From assembly GCA_030390025.1 (NCBI GenBank), contig CM059432.1:125800001-125864000 (forward strand): a stretch of DNA of 64,000 nt. Reading direction: 5' to 3'. The notes under the pieces are model-generated. The model was not told where the DNA came from. It searched no databases and saw nothing but the letters and a program-made list of their open reading frames with translations. Shown piece after piece: positions 1 to 12,464 of this stretch. The stretch's first letter is position 1. Each line of letters begins with the position of its first letter. The stretch is from Squalus acanthias (Eukaryota). The translations under genes and the position numbers were made by a program.

Positions 1-944
1 CAAGTGCTCAGTCACTCTGTCCCTAATAACAGATTCTAGTAACTTCCCCACAACAGAGGTTAAGACTAATAGGCCTATAATTTCCTGGTTTTCTCTGCCC
101 TCCATTCTTAAATAATGGAGTGACATTGGCAATTTTCCAATCCAAGAAAACAATTCCTGAATCAAGAGAGATTTGGAAGATCATGGCTAAAGCATCTACA
201 ATTTCCTCACCTACTTCTTTTAATGCCCTGGGGTGGAAACCATCGGGTCCTGGAAACTTGTCAATCTTCAGTCTCATTATTTTCTCCATTACCATTTTAT
301 TAAATCTAGTAAGTTCCTTCGGTTGATTTATTTTTCCTCATATTTCTGGTGCTTTATCCTCTTCCTCTACTGTAAACACTGATATAAAGTAATTATTTAG
401 CAAGTCTGACATTTTGTTATTTTCAATTATAATATCACCAGTGTCTGTCTTTAAAGTGCCCACATTGCCCTTAGACACCCTCTTTCTCGTAATATGCTTG
501 TAAAATCCTTTAATTTTGTCCTTGATATCCCTTGCCAGTTTTTTCTCAAAGTCCCTTTTTGCAGCTCTTACTATTTTCTTCGTATCCCTTTGCTGTTCTT
601 TTTATCTCTCCCAGACCATGGGATCTCCACCGTTCTTTGCTTTTGTACATGTCCTCTTTGTATCGCTCACCTCATTTGTTGACCAAGGTTGTTTAATTAC
701 ACAGTTGGAGCTCTTGCCCTTTAGGGGTATGCACAGGTCTTGTATTCTACCAAATAGTTCTTTAAACAACTCTCACTGTTCATCTGTAGTTTTATCCGTT
801 AAAAGCTCTGCCCAGTCTACTGTGGTCAATTTCTGCCTCATCCCCCAAAGTCAGCCTCACCCCCAGTTCAAAACTTTGGTTCGTGGCTCACCCTTCTCCC
901 TCTCAAACCTAATATCGAATTTAATCATGTTATGGTCACTGTTA
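1..944 (-). mobile_element. CR1-type LINE ORF2 fragment (degenerate)
   Basis: ORF 23..295 has PGPDGFHPRALKE...DWKIANVTPLFK...NYRPISL, the pre-RT region of CR1 ORF2; disrupted by stops and frameshifts. Confidence 0.85.
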
Positions 945-3066
945 AGAACATAAGAAATAGGAGCAGGAGTAGGCCATATGGCCCCTTGAGCCTGCTCCAC
1001 CATTCAATAAGATCATGGCTGATCTTTGACCTCAACTCCACTTTCCCGCCCAATCCCCATATCCCTTGATTCCCCTAGAGTCCAAAAATCTATCTGTCTC
1101 AGCCTTGAATATACTCAAAGACTCAGCATTCACAGCCCTCTGGGGCAGAGAATTCCAAAGATTCACAACCCTCAGTGTAGAAATTCCTCCTCTTCTCAGT
1201 CTTAAATGTCCTACCCCTTATCCTGAGACTATGCCCCCCTAGTTCTAGACACTCCAGCCAGGGGAAACAACCTCTCAGCATCTACCCTGTCAATTCCCTT
1301 CAGAATCTTGTATGTTTCAGTGAGATCACCTCTCATTCTTCTAAACTCCAGAGAGTATAGGCTCAATCTACACAATCTCTCATCACAGGACAACCCTCTC
1401 ATCCCAGGAATCAATCTAGTGAACCTTCCTTGCACCGCCTCCAAGGCAAGTATATCCTTCCTTAGATAAGGAGACCAAAACTGTGCACAGTACTCCAGGT
1501 GTGGTCTCACCAAGACCCTGTACAATTGTAGCAAGACTTCCTTACTCTTATACACCAACCCCCTTGCAATAAAGGCCAACATGCCATTTGCCTTCCTTAT
1601 TGCTTGCTGTACCTGCATGCTAGCTTTCTGTGTATCTTGTACGAGGACACCCAAATCTCTCTGAACACCAACATTTGAAAGTTTCTCACCATTTAAAAGA
1701 TATTGGGGGAAAAATTCAGTGTCGCCCCGTTTAGGGTGCAATTATCAGCCGGGCGCAAAGATTAGCGCCTGGCGCTAATTATCGCCTCCGACTGCAAACT
1801 TAACTTTTATCGCCCCTGGAGGTGATTGGAGCGCTAAATCAGGCGCTACACATCTGTCTTAAGGCGCAAAGGCCGAGGAGCGAGGCGCTAACTCAGAGCG
1901 CTGGCGAAGCTCATGTAATGTCAGTCAGCAATGGAACACAGACACAATGGCCCCGGCCAGTTCTTAAAGGGGAGGGTTGATCTTGCTTTCCATCCACATC
2001 CTGCTCATTGCAGCCTTGAATCTCGGCCTGGAGAGACCTTTACATCAAATCTGCTGGAAAGAACAATGGAGAGGCCATGGGAAAGAGCTCAGAGTGCAGC
2101 CCCCACAGTCTCTTTTAAATCGATACAAGGAAGGGAAAATCAAAATGAACCTGCAAAGTGCTGCTCAGTACCCAAAACTCCTTCACACAGTGTTGAATCT
2201 CTCCAGAAGTCTCTCTCTCTCTCTCTCAGAATGCGTGGTTCAAAAATGTCGCCAACAAAAAAAGGCAGGAAACGGTCGCCTTTAAATAGCGCTCCCCCAG
2301 TTCCTTCCTGACTGCAAAACGCTCCCCTCAACTTGTCGTTGCTAGCAGCAGGCGGTAAGGCAGGGGGTGCCACTCAATATCCACTCCGGGGCGCTACCGG
2401 GGCGTTGCGCACTCAACTGACGTCACGATCTGCCGGCGCAGGAGATCGTGGCGGCACTGTTTAGCGCCGCCGCAAAATGTCTAGTTAATTTCGCGAGCGG
2501 CGCAAACATCGCCGCGCCCGGGCGCTAGTTGCTTTGTGCCCCATTAGCGCCCTCTTAAGGCGCTAATGGGAGGCGCAACCAACTGAATTTTTCCCCCATT
2601 CTGTTTTTCTGTTCTTCCTACCAAAGTGAATAACCTCACATTTCCCTACATTATACTCCATCTGCCACCTTACTGCCCACTCATTTAGTCTATCTATATC
2701 CCTTTGCAGACTCTTTGTGTTCTCCCCACAGCTTACTGTCCCACCTAGCTTTGTATCATCAGCAAACTTGGATACATTGCACTTGGTTCCTTCATCTAGG
2801 TCATTAATATAGATTGTAAATATCTGAGGCCCCAACACTGATCCTTGCGGCACCCCACTAGTTACAGCCTGCCAACCTCAAAAGGATCTGTTTATCCCTA
2901 CTCTCTGTTTTCTGTCTGTTAACCAATCCTCTATCCATGCTACTATATTACCCCCAACCCCATGAGCCCTAATCTTGTGTAATAACCTTTTATGTGGCAC
3001 CTTATCGAATGCCTTTTGGAAATCCAAATATACTATATCCACTGGTTCCCCTTTATCTACCCTGCT
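945..3066 (-). mobile_element. 5'-truncated CR1 LINE split by a DNA transposon
   Basis: RT motifs YLDFQKAFDKVPH, PQGSVLGP, KFADD (2563..3138) and the C-terminal part (1229..1700); 3' end near 945; sequence rejoins across 1705..2597. Confidence 0.9.
1705..2597. mobile_element. Non-autonomous PIF/Harbinger-like element, copy 1
   Basis: TIRs GGGGGAAAAATTCAGT / ACTGAATTTTTCCCCC; 3-bp TSD ATT (1702-1704, 2598-2600); near-identical copy at 7095..7988. Confidence 0.85.
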
Positions 3067-6000
3067 TGGTGTTCCCTTACCGTTAGAATGTTCATAGAAT
3101 GCCTGAATATATAAAATCATGAGAGAATTCTCAGGCACTTTAACGCAATGAAAATGCTGGTACTAGATATAGAAGTGTTGAATGTCAAAATGCTGTTGTC
3201 GTTGGACTAGATTTGCATCTCGGATTTTGCCCATTTCTGAGTGGTCTCAGGGCAGGCACTGGAGGAATATGGGGTGACAAGGCCTGCTGCTGAATCCGTG
3301 CACCACAAAAAACTGCCAGCCCTACACCCTTCGATGACTGAGACACACAACATGTTCGTTGATTTTTTTAAAAATTATAAGCTTACTTGCCGGCCCTGTC
3401 ACGTGCAAAATGATGGCACGAAGGCCTAGTTTGTCAGTCCACCGCATGTCCCTCCACTTGTCTCTCACTTCTGGAAAGAAATGGTTGTTTTGAAAGAGGC
3501 ACTGGGGGGAGCCTGCTTGTGTCGGGACCAGGGAAATGGCAGAGATGTCTCGTTGTGCCGTTTCACCAGGAGTTCCATTGGCCTTCCACCAGAATTACGG
3601 TGAGGGGGACAGCAGAACTCCCGTGGGAATTTCAGGGCCAAGGCCTCTTGTATAAGGGTTTCACGTCCAGAGCCTTGTCAGGCTGCTTTTGTTCCTCTTG
3701 CTGGTGCTGTGTGTCTTTCTCCTCTGAGGCATCAGGAGTGACTCTTCCCAGGCCGCTCTTGGTGCTGCGGGTGGGACAGAAGTGACTGAAGTCAGGCATT
3801 TCAGACAGCATTCTATTAAATTTTAATCTTCAAAATCAGGGTATGCTGGACTAATTCATGAAACTGATGCACCATCTGTAAATTCTGAGAACCGCCTCCT
3901 CTTTCTGCGACACAAATGCATGTGTATAGGGTATAGCCCGCTATCATTTAAAAACAAGACCAAAATCAGCAGCTGTTTGTACTCCCCATTTTAGACTGCT
4001 GAAGAGGAACAAATAATGGCACAGACGCAAACTTTTAAACTAAGTTTTTGCCCACAGAACAGTGTTGCAGGGAAAACTACCTCGTTCCAACTGCATGGCT
4101 ACAAAATTATCAAAACCTCAGTTCAAGCTGTTTATAGGACAATTATTTAACAAACTACCAACAGCCTGTTAATTGTTCTCATGCGGAGCACAGTGGGGAG
4201 CACAGCGCAAACTGAAGAGCACAACCAACTTGCGGTGATCACTACACAATGGTAGAAAAAGCGATGATTACAATACAATTGGGTGTTGAAAAATCATGAT
4301 TTGAACAGTGTCAGTAATTTTGCACAGCACCACTCTGGGCAATCAGAAAGCAGGATTCATGCAAGCACATATCTGCAAAAATGATTTTGAGCCCAAAAAA
4401 AATCACGGACACATAAAACCAATGTAGAAAACACAAGATACATAAAAACATTCGGACATATTTTTCATCTAAATGTGCTACTAACTCAAAATTCAACAGT
4501 GCATTCTTGTATAAAATTTAGCCCATTGTAAGTGAAGGTTATATTCTGCATTACTTCTTGTCAACCTTATTGGCGTCTTTCACTGTAATGTTTCACTCTT
4601 CAACTTGATTTCTCAATTAAAAAAAATGCTTGACGCTTTCACTGACCAATAATGACATCCAAAGACCTTTCCTTTTCTTTCCTCCCCGCCCCCTTTCCCT
4701 GCATCTTTTCTATTGGTCATTCCTTCTCACATGACACCCACCTCCCCGATTCCATTTGTTCTTTTAATTACTTTTGTTAAAAAATGAATGTGGGTGTGCT
4801 GATCTTTTCTTGAGATACCAGTGGTGTCACCACCTTTAAGGGAGGTCACTTGTATGAATCCTAGTAGGGTTAGGCTTGCCTAGACCATCAATATCATTGG
4901 TCTAGTTAAAATATGATCTCTTCGCATATGACTGGCTTGATTTAATTTTGTTATTTTTGTTAAAAATTAGTATGGGCGGGTCAATTCCTCTGTGAAGTTT
5001 TAGTGCTGTCATCCCTTTAATTGTATCTCAGTTGTGTTAGGCTTCACGATTAAAATGGCCTACCCAAAATCGGACCTTTTCGTGTTATAATATTACAAAA
5101 TAGGATTCCCTTCCCACGTTCTACATGTTTCCTGTTCACATGTGCTTACCCTTACATTTATCTACATTAAATCCATCTGCCGTTCCTTACCCTCTCCACT
5201 TAACCAGTTTAGATCTCTTAAAATCCTACAGGTCCTGAGTGTATTCTACAGGGTCTGACCAGGGAAAGCCTTCAATTTTCCCTCTTCCCCCCAGCAGGAA
5301 AGGGGTTCACTTTTGCTCGCTGCCTCCCCTAATGGCCCACACTGACACGGGAAATCCATTGTGTAGGGAGACACAGGGCCAGAGGCCTGTCCTACCTCCC
5401 CATGTGCAGAACGTCGAAGCATCAGTGTGCTCTGGCCTCTGCATCAAATGTTTTAAACTAAATGGGGATTATTCACTTGTGCCGTGACGTTGTAATCTGT
5501 TTATTTGTTGTGGTCTTTGTTGCAGTAATATAGGGATTCTGTTATGTAAAGAATTCAAACTCACTGAGGTTAGTTTGAGACTGTAACACATGACTCACAT
5601 CAGTTGTGACTCTTAGCAGCCCATTGGTGATAGCATACAAACTCACGTCTCCATTGACTTACCCACTATGAGTTATTTTGATTTACAGTTTCAATTAGAT
5701 TTAATATTTACAGAGATACACTTTACATAAGCAGTACACTTCCAGAATATTTTATTCATCCATTGTTAGGATTCTAATTGCATGTTGTTGGCAATTCCAG
5801 TAACAATGTTTGCATAATAATATCTTAAAATTTAGATGAATGAACCGAGTTTATAGAAATGTAAATTCAATAAATGCCATTAAATAGGTTTTCCAATTTG
5901 AGCATTGCTACATTTAAGCGGAGAAACTGACTGCAGATTCGAGGCCACCTAAAACCAATGGGGTTAATTTTCCAAACTATTTGTTAAAGCCCCGTGGACA

Positions 6001-7094
6001 GGCGTCATCCACCAACAGCAAATTAAGACATTCAGTGGGTGCAAAGCTGCAATAATCACAGATCTGCATCTTGATAAACAGGAAACGAGCCCCTGAACCG
6101 CGCTAACCACCAGGCAATGGTCATCCAGCTGAGCAGAAAATAAGCTTTTATGCCTGCGTAAGTTGGAAGAGTCTGTGTCATGTTTTGGGGTTTTTTACAC
6201 TAGATATTTTCTCAGGTTCAGTGTCACCGGCTGCTTCTGTAAGTGGACCTCGTGTCCTCTATAATTCAGAATGCGTCTTTGCTGTTCAATATCTAAATTG
6301 TAGTGAGACACAGGGATCATAACAGAGAACCCTTACCCTGTACACCGACTACTGGAATCTATCATATGTCAATGTTTATTCTCCTCTCCTTAAAAGCAGA
6401 CTGAAAATGTATTCTCACCAGACCGAGAATTAGGCTTTGAACCAACAAGTTGCCTTATTTATATAAAACTGATGAATGAATATAAACAGTATAACGCAGT
6501 GAAATGTATATTACTCTACCCTCCTTGATATATAAAATCAAAAAGATGCTTCTCACTTTCTCTTGAAACGTAACCATTTAAAAAGAAGTGTATTTGTTGT
6601 AGCCTCACTCTGGCCTAACTCTCTTGTCAGGCTGGTCCCGAAACTTTCAAACACACAGCTCTTCAGCTGTCACTGCAAAACACAAACATTAATTGTAGAC
6701 TGACCATTGAACTACAACATAATCCGTGATTGAAGAACTCTGGTCACTGAGCTGTCCACCAGACAGAACGTGCAACCAATCAATGACCCTGTCCCATTCA
6801 CAAAGTTCTCAGATACCGCTGCCTATTGAAACCAGACTGGTGTCTGTTTATTTTTTGTTTGGTGTCAAGGTGATAGGGGACCACCACTGCAGCTATACTG
6901 AAACAAAAGGCAGTTGGCATCTGCATCTCTCATAATTACATTAAATTAAACAGCCATTCATCAATATTGAATGGACAGTCAACCTATGATAATGGCAAAG
7001 ATTTCTGAGATTAAATGTAATGACTCTGGTCAATTAAACTGGTCAAACTTCAGAACATCCATTATGCTGGTCATAGATACCTTATAGAGTCATT

Positions 7095-7988
7095 GGGGTA
7101 GAAATTCGGTATCACCCCGTTTGGGGCGCAATTATCGGCCAGGTGCAAAGTTTAGCGCCTGGCGCTAATTATCGCTTCCGACTGCAAACTTGGCTTCTAT
7201 CACCCCAGGAGGTGATTGGAGCGCTAAATCAGGCGCTACACACCTCTCTTAAGGCGCTAACGCCGAGGAGCAAGGTGCTACCTCAGAGCGCTGGCGAAGC
7301 TCATGTAATGTCAGTCAGCAATGGAACACAGACACACTGGCGCTGACCAGTTCTTAAAGGGGAGGGTCGATCTTGCTCTCCATCCAAATCCTGCTCATTG
7401 CAGCCTTGAATCTCGGCCTGGAGAGACCTGTAAATCAAATCTGCTGGAAAGAACAATGGAGAGGCCATGGGAAAGAGCTCAGAGTGCAGCCCCCACAGTC
7501 TCTTCTAAATCGATGCAAGGAAGATCAAATCAAAATGAACCTGCAAAGTGCTGCTCAGTACCCAAAACTCCTCAACACAGCGTTGAATATCTCCAGAAGT
7601 CTCGCTATCTCTCACTCAGAATGCGTGGTGCAAAAATGTCGCCGACAAGAAAAGGCAGGAAGTGGTCGCCTTTAAATAGCGCTCCCCCAGTCCCTTCCCG
7701 ACTGCAAAACGCTCCCCTCAACCTGTCGTTGCTAGCGGCAGGCGGTAAGGCAGGGGGCGCCACTCAATATCCGGTCCAGGGCGCTACCGGGGCGTTGCAC
7801 ACTCGACTGACGTCACGATCTGCGGGCGCAGGAGATCGTGATGGTAGTGTTTAGCGCCGCCGCAAAATGTCTGCTCAATTTCGCGAGCGGCGCAAACATT
7901 GCCGTGCCCGAGTGCTAGTTGCTTTGCGCTCCATTAGCGCCCTCTTAAGGCGCTAACGGGAGGCGCAAACCAACCGAATTTTTCCCCT
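7095..7988. mobile_element. Non-autonomous PIF/Harbinger-like element, copy 2
   Basis: Colinear with 1705..2597; ends GGGGTAGAAATTCGGT / ACCGAATTTTTCCCCT; TSD ATT (7092-7094, 7989-7991). Confidence 0.85.
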
Positions 7989-8154
7989 ATTGAAGCTAAA
8001 CTGTCTGATCTGAGCTGATGACTTTTCTGTTGAAAAATGGTTTGTTTGACTTTTGATGTCAACCTTACATGCTGTTTCTAGCAATACAAAATAAAAGTAA
8101 AAAATTCAACTCAGAACAAAAGTACATTTTTGTTACAACCTGTTTTACTGTTAT

Positions 8155-8365
8155 GAGGTGGCCCTCGTAATAGAGGAAACCATGTTAAGAAGGGTAACGT
8201 TCATCAGTATCACATTTCCGCCTCCATCCCCACGTTCCAGAAGGCCGGTCTGGGAGGAGATGAGATAGTGTTTGGATGCTACCTCCATCCAGAGGAGGAC
8301 TTTGGAAGAATTAAGGAAACAGTTCAGTGACATCAAAGAAACAACAAAAGAAATTATAACATTCA
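8155..8365 (+). pseudogene. Degenerate Myb/SANT-like (Harbinger-type) coding remnant
   Basis: Manual translation ...RRPVWEEMR*CLDATSIQRRTLEELRKQFSDIKE resembles the W...RT..QCRK.F.DL trihelix pattern; internal stop. Confidence 0.45.
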
Positions 8366-8382
8366 ACTGCAGGCCAGGAAGA

Positions 8383-11140
8383 TAGAATCATAGAATGATA
8401 CAGTACAGAAGTAAGCCATTTGGCCCATCATTTGTGTCGGCTCTTTGAAAGAACTATCCAATTAGTCCCACTCCCCTTCCCTTTCAAATGCCCTGCCTTG
8501 CAAATTTTTCCCCTTCAAGTATTTATCCAATTCCCTTTTGAAAGCTATCATTGAATCTGCTTCCACCACTTTTTCAGGCAGTGTATTCTAGATCATAACA
8601 ACTCTATGCAAATAAAAAATATCTCCTCATCTCACCTCTGGTTCTTTTGCCGATTACCTTAAATCTGTGTCCTTTGGTTATCAACCCTTCTGCCACTGGA
8701 AACAGTTTCTCTTTATTTACTCTATCAAAACTCTTCATGATTTTGAACACCTCTATTAAATCTCCCCTTAACCTTCCTTGCTTTTGTACTCTATTCCTCT
8801 ATTAATAAAGCCGAGGATTCCGTATGCTTTTTTAACAGCCTTCTCAAATTCAAAGATGCCACCTGCAAAGATTTGTGTACGTGCACGCCCAGGTCTCTCT
8901 GTTCCTGCACCCCCTTTAACATTGTATCATTTAGTTTATATTGCTGCTCCTCATTCTTAGCATAGAAGCATAGAAGATAGGAGCAGGAGTAGGCCATTCA
9001 GCCCCTCAAGCCTGCTCCGCCATTTAATGAGATCATGGCTGATCATCCAAATTCAGTACCCTGTCCCTGCTTTCTCCCCATATCCCTTGATCGCTTTAGT
9101 CTTAAGAAATATATCTATCTCCTTCTTGAATATATTTAATGAATTGGCCTCAACTGCCTTCTGTGGTAGAGAATTCCACAGGTTCACCACTCTCTGGGTG
9201 AAGAAATTCCTCCTCATCTCAGTCCGAAATGGCTTACCCCTTATCCTTAGACTGTGACCTCTGGTTCTGGACTCCCCCGCCATCGGGAACATCTTTCCTG
9301 CATCTAGTCTGTCTAGTCCTGTTAGAATTTTATAAGTTTCAATGAGATCTCCTCTCATTCTTCTAAACTCTAGCGAATTTAAGCCTAATCGACCCAATCT
9401 CTCTTCATACGTCATTCCTGCCATCCCAGGTATCAGTCTGGTAAATCTTCGCTGCACTCCCTCCATGGCAAGAACATCCTTCCTCAGATAAGGCAACCAA
9501 AACTGCACACAATACTCAAGGTGTGGTCTCACCAAGGCCTTGTACAACTGCAGCAAGACATCCTTGCTCCTGTACTCGAATCCTCTCGCTATGCAGGCCA
9601 ACATACCATTTGCCTTCTTAACCGCCTGCTGCACCTGCATGCTTACCTTCAGCAACTGGTGCACAAGGACTCCCAGATCTCGTTGCAGTTCCCCTTTTCC
9701 CAATCTATTGCCGTTCAGATAATAATCTGTCTTCCTGTTTTTGCCACCAAAGTGGATAACCTCGCATTTATCCACATTATACTGCATCTGCCATGCATCT
9801 GCCCAATCACCCAACCTGTCCAAATCATACTGGAGTTTCTCGGCATCCTCCTCACAGCACACACGCCCACCCAGCTTTGTGTCATCTGCAAATTTAGAGA
9901 TATTACATATAGTTCCCTCGTCTAGATCATTAATATGTATTGTGAATAGCTGGGGTCCTAGCACCGATCCCTGCGGTACCCCACTAGTTACTGCCTGCCA
10001 CTCGGAAAAAGACCCGTTTATTCCAACTCTTTGCTTCCTGTCTGCCAACCAGTTCTCTATCCAAATCAGTACCTTACCCCCAATCCCATGTGCTTTAACT
10101 TTGCACGCTAATCTCTTATGCGAGACCTTATCGAAAGCCTTCTTAAAGTCCAAATACACCACATCCACTGGTTCTCCCTTATCTATTCTACCAGTTACAT
10201 CCTCAAAAAATTCCAGTAGATTAGTCAGGCATGATTTCCCTTTTGTAAATCCATGTTGACTTTGTCCGATTCTGTCACTGTTTTCCAAGTGCTCTGCTAT
10301 TACATCTTTTATAATGGACTCTAGCATTTTCCCCACTACCGATGTCATGCTTACCGGTCTATAATTCCCCATTTTTTCTCTACCACCTTTTTTAAATAGT
10401 GGGGTTACATTAGCTACCCTCCAATCCATGGGAACTGTTCCAGAGTCTGTAGAATTCCTACCAAAATGCATCACTTCACACTTCTCCGTGTTAAATTTAA
10501 TCTGCCATGTGTCTTCCCATTTCACCAGTCTGTCTATGTCCTCCTGAAGTCTTTTACTATACTCGTCACATTTCTGAGTTATTGTCATCTGCAAACTTTG
10601 AAATTATGCCCTGTATACCCAAGTCCAGGTCATTAATATATATCAGTGGTCCTAATACCAACCCCTGGGGAACACCACTGCATACTTCCCTCCAGTCTGA
10701 AAAACAACCGTTTACTGCGACCCTCTGTTTTTGTCCCTTAGCCAATTTTGTATCCATGCTGCCACTGTCCCTTTACTTCCATGGGCTTTAATTGTGCTAA
10801 CAAGTCTATTATGGGATACTTTATCAAATACCTTTTGAAAGTCCATATACACACCATCTACCGCACCACCTTCATCAACCTTACCCGTTACTTCATCAAC
10901 AAACTCATTCAAGTCAGTAAAACACGATTTGCCTTTAAGAAATCCATGCTGGCTGTAATTTATTAACCCATATTTTTCCAAGTGACAATTAAATTTGTCT
11001 TAGATTATTGTCTCTAAAAGTTTCCCCACCGCCGACGATAGGCTGACTGGCCAGGTTTATCCCTCTCCTCTTTTTTGAATAAGGGTGTAATATTTGCAAT
11101 CCATAGTCCTCCCATATTTAAGAAATATTGGAAGATTGTG
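8383..11140 (-). mobile_element. Older CR1 LINE, interrupted by a younger CR1
   Basis: Frameshifted RT pieces at 8791..8958 and 10457..10981 that are contiguous once 8959..10456 is removed. Confidence 0.8.
8959..10456 (-). mobile_element. Young 5'-truncated CR1 LINE with an uninterrupted RT frame
   Basis: Open frame from about 10455 to 9053 with QHGF, YLDFKKAFDKV, SGVPQGSVLGP, KFADD; 3' end with CTATG repeats near 8959. Confidence 0.93.
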
Positions 11141-11599
11141 GCCTCTAGAACCTCCACTATAAAAATCATTAGAAAAACACCACATCAATTGAAAATGCTA
11201 CAAAAGCTGTGACTCAACTATTTTTCCTGGATTGAGTGAAGAGGTGAATCAGGCTGACTTGGGCTTATTCACCAGTGATTTTGGTAACTGTCAACTCATA
11301 TATGTGATTTTTAAATGTTTTTTTTAATTGTATTTTCACAAGTTTACAATTAAGTCAGTAAATATTTTATGAAGCCATTGAATATTTTAAATGCACCGTG
11401 CTTGCGAGAGGATGACATTGATATATTCAGATTCCTTTGTATAGTTATGGTTGTGCTGGGAAGATTGTGGGTTTAAGGGTTGAAGCAATTTTCTCTTGGT
11501 TGCTGAAGTTCTGTTGGGTTGTGGAATGAACAGCTCCTGTCTACTCATGACCATCTTGGATGAAGTAGCTGATCGTCCTTATCTGACCATGGGTGGGTC

Positions 11600-11720
11600 A
11601 CTATTCCGATGAAGGGTGCACATTCGAAACATCATAACCTGTCTTTTCTTTTTACAGTTGCTGACTGACCTGACATGTATTGCTAGCAATTTCGATTTTT
11701 ACTTTGGATTTCCAGCATTT
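11600..11720 (+). repeat. Degenerate solo PLE pseudo-LTR fragment
   Basis: CCGATGAAGGG...CGAAACATC followed by GCTGACTGACCTG...CAGCATTTGCAG; resembles the termini of the PLEs at 45.8 and 56.4 kb. Confidence 0.5.
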
Positions 11721-12464
11721 GCAGTTTTTCATTTTATTTGATGGGTCACTGTTGCTGGCCCAGGTCTACTTTCTCCTCCTGGGAAGCGGTTTTGTACCAA
11801 GTAAGCCATCAAGAATGGACCAAAGACTTCTTGGCATTTCTCCATTTGCAGATGGAGGTTGCTTGGAGCTTTGCAATATTTTCTACTACATCTTAACTAA
11901 TATAAGCTTAACTTGTAATAATAGATGAACAAAATGCAGTTGGTTCAACATTATCTGCAATATCATGTTACTAGATGTCAGTAGTATCGTTAATTGTCAA
12001 AAAACTCCTCTTTAGTACCCTGCTGTTTTCTTTCCACAAATTAACGCACCACTGGACGTCAGGTGACAACTGCGTCAAACATTGCACCAAAATTACATAC
12101 ACATCTAAGACAAATATACAAGACATCAGCATAGATACAAAGCTACCTGTACTCTAGAAATAAGTAAATCACTACCAAACGAGCACTTGCTGATCACAGA
12201 CGATATAATACTTCCTCTTCTTGAGGGTGCTTTGAAGAGGCCATTGACTAGTTGCAGGTGTAATAGGTCCATGGTCTAAAAAGAGAGTCAGGTAGGCACA
12301 GAGATCAGTGGATTAGCCTTCAAAGTACGTGTGCTGCAGCAACATAAAGATATCCAGATTACTCTGACTAACCTGTACATTATCGTGGATCTAATGGAAG
12401 ATGGAAGCTATACCTTACACATGATTGTGTCTCCCTCTGAAATAGGTAATGTACTGGATCGCCA

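Noticed and set aside
3630..3812. Minus-strand short frame MLSEMPDFSHF...KRPWP as a host exon
   Set aside because: No recognisable homology and no partner exons.
6300..7075. Possible solo LTR
   Set aside because: The composition is suggestive, but no TG..CA ends with a TSD could be defined.
7321..7854. ORFs shared by the two 0.9-kb elements
   Set aside because: Overlapping frames are open with different ends in the two copies and no recognisable domain; the similarity reflects recent transposition.
9053..10594. 513-aa ORF as an intact gene or full LINE ORF2
   Set aside because: It is a chance in-frame fusion of an old CR1 piece (about 10457-10594) and a younger 5'-truncated CR1; there is no endonuclease domain.
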